Assembly (NCBI RefSeq): GCF_018350175.1
Contig: NC_058368.1
Coordinates: 41,046,001-41,110,000 of the forward strand
Source: Felis catus
Taxonomy: Eukaryota
Direction of reading: 5' to 3'
DNA length: 64,000 nt
How positions within the stretch are numbered: position 1 is the stretch's first letter; every line of letters begins with the position of its first letter. Shown here piece after piece: positions 53,158 to 64,000 of this stretch. The notes beneath the pieces were generated by a model that saw only the letters and a list, made by a program, of their open reading frames with translations, made no database searches and had not been told where the DNA came from. A program made the position numbers and the translations under genes.

Positions 53158-53643
53158 ACAAAGTTTTATTTCTTAAATCTAAAATTAAACAAATAAAACC
53201 CCAACCACAAACAAAGACAAGCAGAGACTTAATTCTTAAGAATCACTAACTTGATTGTAGATTCCAAATTTTTTTTTGAATAAATAATGAGAAACAGTAG
53301 TGCCCTGTGGCTTCCTGTCTAAAACATTTTTATGTTCATATATCAGCCAGACTGTCATTGTCTTACATCTGTTATATTGCAGCAACATTATTCATTATAA
53401 TTCTTTGTTTGTTCAACCAAAGGCTCTTTGGGTTTGGTTTTACCCCATATTTTAACAGATGAACTGTGTTATCTATGCACAGAAGTTATTTTTACGCTTT
53501 ACTTGTGAAACTTAACTGCTTGCATGTGCAAAAGCAAACAAACTGTTGCATTCTGCCTCAGTGCCATAAAAAACCTGGACCATCTGTAGCTCATCACTTT
53601 CTTGGTCAATTATAGATGAACAAAGTCCTGAAATACTGAATAG
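53158..53643 (+). pseudogene. Distal exons (53158-~53257, 53423-53643) of the CFAP46-like pseudogene, beyond L1 #2
   Basis: The phase-1 join from 46530 gives DKVLFLKSKIKQIKPQPQ. The next exon reads GSLGLVLPHILTDELCYLCTEVIFTLYL*NLTACMCKSKQTVAFCLSAIKNLDHL*, with donor TAG|GTAATC. Confidence 0.5.
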
Positions 53644-56297
53644 GTAATCCATCAAATACAACCAAGGGCATGAGGCTTTCTTAGAGCCATTTCCCAATCA
53701 AGGTGGGAGCTGCTATTGTTTGACCATGCTCCCTGTTTTATTTCCTTGGGCATGAAAATACACGTGCAAAAGGCATTAGCCTCCTGAGGGACTCAGTATG
53801 GTCATTTCAGTTTCTTAATTAGAAGAAGCTGAGAGTTAACATTAAAAAAAAAGTGCCATGTTACACAGCAAAGATTTTATGATTTCTCATGGAGGGTCCC
53901 TTCAGTAACTTTGTGATTTCACTTAAAAGAACCTGAATGTTGGAAAATTAGGAACATTAAATGTTTATTGACCACTATGAAAAGCTAAGTAGAACAAACC
54001 AGCTTTTAAATGCAATTGGTTTTATGTTATTAATAATATCTAGCTTTATCATATTTTCACCATATTTTTATATTCATCATACCATAATAATTTGCCATAT
54101 TATACTATTATTATTACAGAAAATATTGCAGTTGTGCAGTTTTGAAGTTATAAAATTTATTTTGGTGTGAGAATAGGTGTTGGAAATTTCTTTAGAAAGG
54201 GATTTTACATAAATCAAATATGAAAAAGGAAGATGATTGCATAAAGGATGAAAGGGATTTATATGTTTCCAAAAGTTGCTTTATGGAAAATAGTTCCTGA
54301 ATGGTGTGAGCCAGTTCTGACTCCCTTCACACTATGTTCACCAAACAACCTAGCTTTCTCATCCTCAAGTTCCTTTTATTTATGCTTCTTTGCATTTGGC
54401 AAAAATTTTTTTGCCCTGGGCATTGTCATTGCTGGCCACTTACTGACATTTAAGACCAAACTTGAAAGTATATCCTCCCATGACCCCAAATCAAAAATCA
54501 GACTTTTAATCTCCTCTGGCCACCTGTTATAAATCACATCAATCTGGGTGGCTTTTCTCCTTCCCTTCCTCTCTGCCTCCATCCTTTCCTTCCTTCCACC
54601 CTTCCCTCTATTCTTTATTTTCAGCTTGTATCACTATTAGCCTATATTGTATATTTACTTCTATTTGCAGACCAGTCCCTCCACCCCATGTACCTGCTCT
54701 GTATTTCTTGTTTACCACTTTATTCTTAATATATAAAGTGCCACTTGGTATATAAATATTTGTTGAATAAATAAAATATAAAAAAGAACAAATAAATTCA
54801 AACACAAATTCTTACACATCTTAAAGAGACAATAAAAGAAAAGATTGTCCCTGAATCTCCTATATTTCAACCATTCTGTATATACATATATATGATATTC
54901 TGGTTGGAATGCAGTGTTGTCTTTTACTCAGCTTTGAGTTTTCTCTCTCATCTTAAAGTTATTTAAAATATAACTGCTATCAATATATTTTTTTAATTTT
55001 CAGATCATTTTCATGTTTATCGATTTGTAACTGACTTTAATGCTCTTTTCTCATTGTATTTACTATGTTCAGAAAGTGTTTATTGTATAGATTTACGGTT
55101 TGAGATGCATGGAAATTTTATTTTTGGTGTAACATGTGGTCATGTTTGGTAAATCTTCTTTATGTCCCTAGAAAGGATTATTCCAATATAAAATAAAGTT
55201 CAAAATTTACTTATTGGATCAATACTAATAATTATTTTATTCATATCCTTTGTATCTTATTAACTTCTTTTCTACTAAAACAATGTTTGAGAGGGGTAAA
55301 CAAAAATATGTATTAATACTAAATTTCCTTTGATTTCTTTGTATACTTTCTGTAGTTTTTGCATGGTGCATTTTCATATTATGATATTTGGCTTTCAAAC
55401 TTTCATGAAATCAAATCATCCTGATGCCCTAGACTTTTTGTGCCTGCCTGTGTTTCATTTAACACTTGTTGTCCTGAATTTAAACTTGCCCAATATTTAT
55501 ATGAAAGAAAACCCTAACCTCTTTTTTTTCAGTATTATCCTGTTCTTTTCATCTATTCTTGTAATTTCAAACCTTCAAATCACTGTTTTATATCAATATC
55601 TTGCATAAAATGCAAAGATGCTTCTCTTTTCTCGATGCTGTAGGTGAGTTTATCCCATCTGCATTTATATGTAAATTTCTTCATTTAAATTCTGCTTCTT
55701 TATTTTGTTTTTATGTGAATTCTTCCTTTCAGTGCTTTAGCATTTCCGGCATTCTAATATGTGGTCTGGTTTTTATTGTTTCCCTTTTATTTTTGCTTTA
55801 TTTTCCTGTGTTTTATCTTTCAACCTTCTTTAGCAGGTACCTATCTGCCTTTATAAAATATACTTATAAAGCATACTTATTCACTCATTAATTTTTAATA
55901 TTATTAAAACCTCTTTATGAATTACATGTGAATTAATTTTTTTCCTTTTTGCACTTTACCTTCTTTATACTTCCATGTTATTATTTTTCTAATTCTAAAT
56001 TTAGAGGTATACTTTTCATTCTGTTCTATAATCATTATTCCCATAACTAAATCTATATGCATTAAATTATTTAAATCTATCAATATTTACTGCCAGTACA
56101 TTTCCTATAGCATTAAATGAACCCCTCAGAGGAAACCCCAAATTTAGCATCAGACCCCAGTAAGCAGGGTGTAATGATTTCTACTTATTAATTAAATAAA
56201 TAACTCTAATTGACTAAAGTGATAGTTCCTAAACATAGTTCCTAAGTGAGCCATGCCAAGGTCATTGTTCATGGAGAAGACATTGAAAAACCATTTC

Positions 56298-56420
56298 TGG
56301 AGTGATCATGCCATCCAATTTTCCTGAGACTATTCTAGTTTTAGCACATTTAGACTTAGCGTAGTCTCATATCTGAGGAACCTTTTCAGTCCTAGGAACA
56401 CTGACACGATTAATTACATT
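56298..56420. mobile_element. MER81-like hAT MITE inside an old MLT1-like LTR (~56170-56708)
   Basis: gtgatcatgccatccaattttcctgagactattctagttttagcac...tcagtcctagg. Flank catacagggagggagattctaggaaatg. Confidence 0.5.
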
Positions 56421-57439
56421 ACTGTTGCCCCTGAGTAGTTACTGCACTTTGGTTATGAGCCTGGAGCCACTGTTTCAAGACCACCAGTCAAACTGATGAA
56501 ACAGCAAATAAAACCAAGGTCTTGATCTGTCCATCAACAAATCTGATGGTAATGATCTTCTGAGAGTAAGGTCTACAGCTCTACATCTATCTTCTACATT
56601 CCACTTAAGTTTCTTCTCATGTCCATTCCAACTCAGAGCCATACAGGGAGGGAGATTCTAGGAAATGTTCCCAGGCCAGTCACATTGACACTGCATAATC
56701 CAGCACACCTAAGAAGAAGGACATGAATAAATTGGAGTAAGTGACTGTTAAGGATGTAAGGAAAGGGATTTATAATATCAGAGTCTACTAACATAGAGTT
56801 TAATATAATATTTATAATATTAGAGCTTATAATTATTAGCGTTCATAATTTCGAGGTACAATGATTTGGGATAACAAAAAATGTCAGCAAATGACAGGGA
56901 ATTAGGAAGCTAAGGTGTAGTTGAGCTAAAGTGTTGAGGATTGACAAAGTCAAGGAAATTGCAGGTAGAATTCACTCACGTGATTGCTGATTTTATCTTG
57001 AGCAAAACAATTACAAACAATTAAGTTTAAATATATAGTGGCTAGAGAGCAGTGATTAGGAAGGGTAAAGAGTGGCACAATGTGATGGAGAGACAATGAG
57101 GATTCAGGAGACCAAAGATTCCTCTTCTCTAACTCTATAAGAAAGGACAGCTCTCCCTTCAGAGGGGTGGTGTTCTCAGCATGGGCCTACTTTCTTGGCA
57201 AAAAAGTTGAGGGAAATTTTTAGTGAGAGTTTACAACTGTAAGCACAAGTCTTAGTCATGAAACAGATGTTCTTATGTATATAAAAGGAAAACTTGGATG
57301 AAAGCCTGCCATTGAGATATTGGGTTGGGGCAGAAGTGATTAAATACTTAGGACATTTAGGCAAGTGAGAATAGATACAAAATAGGCCTTTTGACTTGAT
57401 CAGGAAATCAAGAATAACCAAAATGTGAGACACACTTTC

Positions 57440-57651
57440 TTAAAAATTTTTTAATATATATTTATTTTTGAGAGAGAGAGACAGCATGAGCAGGGGAGGG
57501 GCAGAGAGAGAGGGAGACACAAAATCTGAAGCAAGCTCCAGGCCCTGAGCTGTCAGCACAGAGCTCCCCATGGGGCTTGAACCCACAAACCAGGAGATCA
57601 TGACTTGAGCCAAAGTTGGACACTCAATCGACAGAGCAATCCAGGCACCCC
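57440..57651 (-). mobile_element. Can-SINE
   Basis: TSD tgagaca(c/t)actttctt. Confidence 0.92.
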
Positions 57652-58699
57652 TGAGACATACTTTCTTTATGTAAGCTTAAGTTTTAGAGATAATAATAAT
57701 AAGTTAAAGGGGAATAATATTTTTCCTTATAGATGAGGAGGCACTCAAAATGATATAAACCCTGTGTGGTCTCTCAGGATTCCACACTGTAGGTTCTTGT
57801 GTCTACTGGTAGAACATTTTTCACGCCTCTGAAATGAGTCAACGTTGGTCCAAATTAATTATGTGGGCTCCAGGAAGGGGCATATAACTTATAGGAATTG
57901 TCTGTGCTCAAGTCAAGAGGCAGACACAGTGTCCTTCTGGCTGGCTAAGTTGGTGGTTGTAGAGGTTTGCCCACAAGCCATAGTCACAAAGCCTGGACAG
58001 AAGAATATCCACTATGATTTTATAAACACTAAATAACCTGTTAAGAAAAGATTTTCTAGATATGTAAGACATTGGAAGTTCTGTCTAAGTTAAGGAAATT
58101 TTCATGGAAATACAAGTCTGAGGCCTAGAAGCTTTCAATCTGACATGGCACAAAAAATCTTTGTCCTATGTAGAGTGGCTTTTAGGTAGAAAAATACCCT
58201 GGTTAAAAAAAAAAAAAAGTTACACCTGAGGTGGATGACTTAGCTTCATATTTCCAAAATATTTATTTCTACATTCTACATAACATAGGTAAAGTATGCA
58301 GATTATAACATCAGAGTTTGATGAAGCAAACACAGCAATGCATCTACTACCAAGACCAAAATATAAAACAATATCATCACCTCAAAAGCCTTCTTTTGTG
58401 TTTTCTCCCAATCATTAATATTCAAAGGTACTCAATCTCATGTTATTGTTATAGGTTAGTCTAAATAATAAGAGGATGAAAAACTTTCCAAATCATTTTA
58501 TGAAACCAATAGTACCATGTTTTCAAAGTCAGACAAAGACTGTATAAGTAAAGTAAGCTGCAAAACATTATGCCTCATAAACATCGAGATGTGAACACCT
58601 GTGGCTTGAGGTTGCTCAAGCTCTATGATCAATGGAAACATATTAGTGGTACTTGTAGATGGCAAATTTATGGCTGGGAAAATGGCTAAACGCATTAGA

Positions 58700-60720
58700 A
58701 AGTAAATCAAAGAGAAGGTAAACAAAGAACTCTGTACATTGGTTTCTTTTGTCTGTTTTGGTGAAATGGAAAATAAAAGAAAAATAGCTCCAGGCTTCCA
58801 GGGCTATCTGGTTATGGTTGGTGATTCAGTCTAAAAATGGGAGAGATGTGTCCTTAAAGGGGCAGATGCTTCTCATGATAGTAAGTGATCCTGTCTGGGT
58901 GGTCATTAATAAAATGATTGTATAGTTTACAAGTGCAGCTAATTAATCAAGAGACTGTTGAAATATGGGAATATTCAGTCAATAGTTAAGTCACTTTGTT
59001 GACCTCTATAAACAACCTTTTACTGAGATATTTTTACTGAGCTTCTGTTGAAATGGATTTTATACATCAGTGATAAGCAAGCTATTTACCTCACCTTAGA
59101 TACTGTCAAAAATAAAGGACTTGTTCAGTCTTTCTCGGAATCCACAGTTAGATGCAGTTTTTATAGAAATATGGATACATGGAAAAAATGCCAATTGAGT
59201 GGGATAAAAATGTAGGGTTCAAACATGTGCCTTGATGTGTCTCCTTTTCTACCTTTTGATGTTGGTAGATTTTTCTTTCTAAGGCTGGTAAAATATTGAA
59301 AATGAAGTCAACTCTGGAGTTTTTATATAATGTGAGTAAAGTTTCCCCTAATTCTATGTCTTTGACCCAAATGATATTTGATGCTGTGATAAAAGAGGTT
59401 CCAACACAGCTCTTCATGAGATTCTGGTTTTTTTTTTTTTTTTTTGCGGGGGAGGGAGGTGGAATAGAGAGAATAATGTGAAACAGTTGTTGCCAATCTC
59501 TTTGTTCACCTTCAACCAATGGGGATGAATGATGAGAAAGTATTTAATATGATTCATTTATCTTCTCTTTTTTTTCATTCCATTGCTAATTAGCCATCTG
59601 AACACTGGTAAACTTATTGAAATTTTAATGGATTACTATAAGACATCAGGTAATCTTGCTGTCCTTACAACTCCTCAAAATGTTAAAGAATTTTAACGTA
59701 TAAACTTGAGGATATGTCATGATCTGAGGCTGTCATAAAAGGAGAAACTTCCTTTTTAGAACCCATGCTTATGAGAATGGGTGCAAGGCAAAGGAGAGGA
59801 TTATGATCCCAGTGACAGGATGCAAGACCTCTTGGTGTAACTCCCAGCAGAGAATCTAAGGCCATTTGCATGAGTGTGAATAAAAATGGCTGAGGATTGT
59901 GAAGAAACTTCATAGGGACTGTGAATGCTGGTGCTGATTAATCTGACCAAAGTACAGGTTCCAGCAGAAGTGGAAAATTCTCATATAACTTTGATTGGAG
60001 TTAATAGAAACATTCTTTCAACAACAAAAAACATATTGTCTCTGACAGTTCCAAAGTTATTGATTGAGATGCTGGTTTCTGGAGAAATCACATAACACAT
60101 TTGGGAATTTCATTAACTGCTGTTCACAAAGTTACCAGGAAAAGAACTGAATTTAAGAAGGCTCCGAACAAGAGTAGGCTTTGTTAAAGTTTTAAAGAGA
60201 CATCACACAATCAATCCCTTTGGTACCTTTGGCCGCCAGTGCTCAAATAATATTGGAAGTGTCTGTTGTGCTCAATCATGCTGATTTGAGCCTTTGACAG
60301 AAACATGTTTGACTCTGAATGGTGACCATTGGGACTTTAGACTAAAAACTAACCTGATGTTTCTTCAAGTTATACTCTCCTTTGAATGGCCTACTATTGG
60401 GCTTTAGTTGAATTTGATTATATTATGGAAGAACATACAATTATTTTGACACCTGAAATTATTTTTAGGTCCTAGGCTATGTCAAAGCATTAGTCCAACA
60501 GAAAAAGAAATTTTACAGTAGTGTTTCTACATATTACATGGAAATAATTAATTTAATCAATAGATAATTAATAATAATTAATAAATCATTTCCATATTAC
60601 ATGGAAATTTATGTTGAAGAACATGTGATGGGTTTACCTTTGAGTGTACTCCTTCTTATGACTGGTTATCAAATGAAGTAAAACAAACATCATGGTTTAG
60701 AGATGCTAAACCCTGGGAAT
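58700..60720 (+). mobile_element. Decayed ERVL/MaLR-class internal (pol) region
   Basis: AYYWALVE (60378-60412 region) matches the ERVL RNase H motif as recalled. Weaker degenerate RT-like pieces lie upstream. Confidence 0.5.
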
Positions 60721-61050
60721 CTTATGAGTTGTTCTTCATCCAACATTGAATTGGAATGAATTCAAATTCATTCCAACTATTTCCTAAGTTTTCTAGTCAT
60801 TTTTTCTTTGTGCCAAATATATGTAAAAATGTATTGCTTAAGTTCTAAATATTTGGGATGAGGATCTAGTTATCTTCTTCTTATTAGTTTCCAACTTAAT
60901 TCCCACTACGGTCAGAGAGTATACTCTGTATATTTAAAAAATGTTGAGACTTTCTCTGTGGCTCAGCAACTGGTGATTTTTAAATGAATACATAATTAAC
61001 AAATTTTGGGGGTCATTTTAGTTAGCTGTAGTTACAAGTTTGCTAGTTAT

Positions 61051-61165
61051 GGGATGCCTGGGTGGCACAGTCAGCCAAGTGTCTGGCTCTTGATTTTGGC
61101 TCAGGTCTCAGTGTTGTGGGATCAAGCCCGCATCAGGCTCTGTGCTGAGCATGGAGCCTACTTAA

Positions 61166-61207
<42 letters not shown>

Positions 61208-61500
61208 CCCCTCTCCCCCTCTCCCTCTCCCCCACTCGTGCTCTCTCTCTCTCAAAAAAAACAAAAACAAAAACAACCAAACAAAAAAACTAGGGGCGTC
61301 TGTATAGCTCAGTTAAGTGTCCAAGTCTTGGTTTTGGCTCAGTTCATGATCTCAGGGTTCGTGAGATTGAGGCCTGCACTGGGCTCTGCACTGCAGAGCC
61401 ACTTGGGATTCTCTCTCTCCCTCTCTCTCCGCCCCTCCCTGCTCACATCTACCCTCTCTCACTCTCAAAATAAATAAGCCTAAATAAATAAATAAAACAA
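61051..61500 (+). mobile_element. Two tandem Can-SINEs (61051-61290, 61293-61500)
   Basis: Two heads, two (CT)n tracts and tails; outer TSD ttt(g)ctagttat. Confidence 0.9.
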
Positions 61501-62520
61501 AATTTCTAGTTATGTTTTTCAAATTTGCTACACCTCTACTGTTCTTTTCCAGATTGATGTTAATGAGAAAGGTGTATTAAAATCACCAACAGTGAATGAG
61601 TATATATTTTCTAATTCTTTTTATCAGTGTCAGTTTCCCTTTGTAAAGTTATATTATTGAGAATATATAGATTAAGAACTATTTTCTCTTACGCAATGAG
61701 CTTTTGTAATGTGATGGGGCCGCTTCACAATGGTGTGCTTCTTGTCATTAGGTCTTCTTCCTCTGCTATGAGATAGGCGCATCAGCTTTTTCTTGACGTA
61801 TTTGCATGCTACTGGAGTTTCCATACTCTGACTTATGTCATCTCTTGCTAAGAAACAGAGGTGTAGACTTGACTTGACTTTCTTTCTAACAATTCCTTCT
61901 CTTCAATGGATACAATACTTGGAATCACTCAGAATATTTACATTTCATGAAATGATCGCTGCAATTAGTTTAAATCTGTCAGCTTTCTTCTAGTTTCTGT
62001 TTGCTGCAGCTGTTCTTTGTTTTTTCTGTTCTTTTTCTTTATTTTGGGATAATCAAGATTTTATTTTAAAGAATTTCATTTTTCTCATTAACTTCTTAGT
62101 TACATATTAACTTATGATAGTCTATAATTGACAAGAGACATGTTAGTATCTGTTTGAAAGTTTTATTCTAAGCATTTTCTGAAAAATGGAAAGTCATTAA
62201 ATATCTTAGCTTGTTTTTTACTCTGAATATTGTGTTATTAGTAATAGGTATTTTAATTTTACATATAGTTACAAATACATATTGGACTATTGTTATTAAT
62301 ATTTCTATTAATATTATAGTTTTTGAACAGTGAATATGTTTTTATAGTCATTCACATTATTATTTTTTTCAGCCACCTTCATTCCTTTCAAAGTCTATCT
62401 GGAATCATTTTTCCTTCACCTTGAAGAATTCTCCTTCATGTTTCTTTTAGTGCAAGTTAACTGACAATAAGTCCTATCAACTTTTGTTCTAAAAAATAAT
62501 AGTTTGGGGATTATTTTGGG

Positions 62521-62756
62521 TTTTTTTTTAATTTTTTTTTTAATTTTTTTTTTCAACGTTTATTTATTTTTGGGACAGAGAGAGACAGAGCATGAACGGG
62601 GGAGGGGCAGAGAGAGAGGGAGACACAGAATCGGAAACAGGCTCCAGGCTCCGAGCCATCAGCCCAGAGCCTGACGCGGGCTCGAACTCACGGACCGCGA
62701 GATCGTAGACCTGGCTGAAGTCAGACGCCCAACCGACTGCGCCACCCAGGCGCCCC
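62521..62756 (-). mobile_element. Can-SINE (young)
   Basis: TSD agtttggggattattttg. Confidence 0.95.
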
Positions 62757-63125
62757 AGTTTGGGGATTATTTTGAAAAAACTTAAAGGATTCTTGTTGGC
62801 AAAATTTTCTTTTCTACTCTCACTTTACACATTTTAAAACATTTTTCTAAATGCTTTCATTTCAAAGTCTTGTCTTTGAACATGATTTCCTTCTTTATAT
62901 CATCATACATCTAATTTAATTATAACCTAATAATTAAGAATTTGATTATAATCTATATTTGATTATATTTTTTCTTGCCTGAACTTTGCTGAGTGTCTTA
63001 TCACTTCAATTCAATCATGAATTGATTTAGGTGGGACTTAGTTGATGCTGTAATTTGCACATCTGGCTCAGTTTTGTTTCTCATGTAGTACCTTCAGCTT
63101 TTTGAATTAAAATATAATGGATTAA

Positions 63126-63332
63126 AGGGGTGCTTGGGTGACTCAGTAGGTTAAGCGTCCTACTTCAGCTCAGGTCATGATCTCACAGTCAGTGGGCCCG
63201 ACATTGGGCTCTGTTTTGTCAGCTCAGAGCCTGGAGCCTGCTTCAAATTCTCTGTCTCCCTCTCTCTCTGCCCCTACCCCGCTCATGCTCTGTCTCTCTC
63301 TCTCTAAAAAATACATAAACATTTAAAAAAAT
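63126..63332 (+). mobile_element. Can-SINE
   Basis: TSD aattaaaatataatg(g/a)atta. Confidence 0.93.
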
Positions 63333-64000
63333 TAAAATATAATGAATTACAATCTTTAATTTTTAGAGGTATTGTAGTTTCTTTGGAATACTAATTAAAT
63401 GTTTTACACTCTTTGCTTCCATAGATCTCTGGAGTGTTTAATCATAAATAAAAATATACAAACATATATTTATAAATATACATATATAAATCTCTGTACA
63501 TATTGATTTTATATTTTTAAATGTATATAACATTTTATTTATAAAATATATAATTTTATAAATTTAATTATTAATATATTTATATATATATTATACATAC
63601 ATGTAATTTTATCTACTTCTTTCTAGTTTTTGCAGTAGCATTAATCTACTATGCTCAACTACATCCTTCCTATAAGCAGAAGACCCCAGTATTCTGGGCT
63701 AATATTTTGAAAACAACAGTATCAACAAACCCATCCCACTGACCCAAATTTCATGTGTAAATACTCATACAGTGGAATTTCCCATATTAAAGCAACAAGT
63801 AATTATTTGTGGAAGTTTTATAAATATTAATTATTTTTTAATTGCTGGTCTTTATGTACTAGTCCTGTTCCACCCTTCTTTATAACCTTAATTCCACAAC
63901 ACTTTTTTCCCATTCTACTAGAGTCATACTGCTACTAGACAAACTAGATACAGTGCTAGGACACCACAATTCTCTTGAAAATAACATCTACTTGGAGGTA

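Larger units (their letters stand above)
14800..53643 (+). pseudogene. Decayed multi-exon gene, CFAP46-like paralog (non-processed pseudogene); 3' end may extend to ~54.5 kb
   Basis: About 30 plus-strand exon-like segments with polypyrimidine-AG acceptors and GT(A/G)AG-type donors, many 76-101 nt introns, and mostly compatible phases, but multiple stops and frameshifts. Peptides [90 protein letters not shown] and ILTDELCYLCTE follow the order of CFAP46 segments as recalled ([101 protein letters not shown]). Confidence 0.65.

Noticed and set aside
14800..53643. Calling the locus the canonical CFAP46/CFAP54 orthologs or assigning gene symbols
   Set aside because: The resemblance is only motif-level, far below that expected for carnivore-human orthologs, and the canonical genes are not head-to-head. 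The comparison is from memory, so no symbol is given.

Overview
AT-rich mammalian genomic DNA, most likely carnivore and probably felid, judged from ~18 tRNA-derived Can-SINEs with (CT)n linkers and carnivore-type LINE-1s. About half the window is interspersed repeat: two near full-length minus-strand L1s (1135-6986 decayed; 46649-52647 with intact ORF1 and a thrice-disrupted ORF2), older L1, L2, L3 and MIR fragments, MLT/ERVL remnants and MER53/MER2/MER81-type DNA transposons. I find no intact host protein-coding gene. The main hidden structure, which the ORF track does not show, is two long chains of small exons with GT-AG sites and many 75-120 nt introns. They diverge head-to-head from a ~150-bp interval near 14.7 kb that carries a perfect 16-bp palindromic double MYB-type site. 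Both chains carry many stops and frameshifts. Manual translation gives repeated, collinear motif resemblances to CFAP46 (+ strand, ~14.8 to >=53.6 kb) and CFAP54 (- strand, ~14.7 kb leftwards), two partner subunits of the C1d projection of the motile-cilium central pair. These comparisons are from memory of the human proteins and need tblastn/HMM confirmation. The working model is a co-regulated, highly diverged CFAP46-like/CFAP54-like paralog pair that has been pseudogenised, with one L1 inserted into an exon and another at an apparent large deletion.
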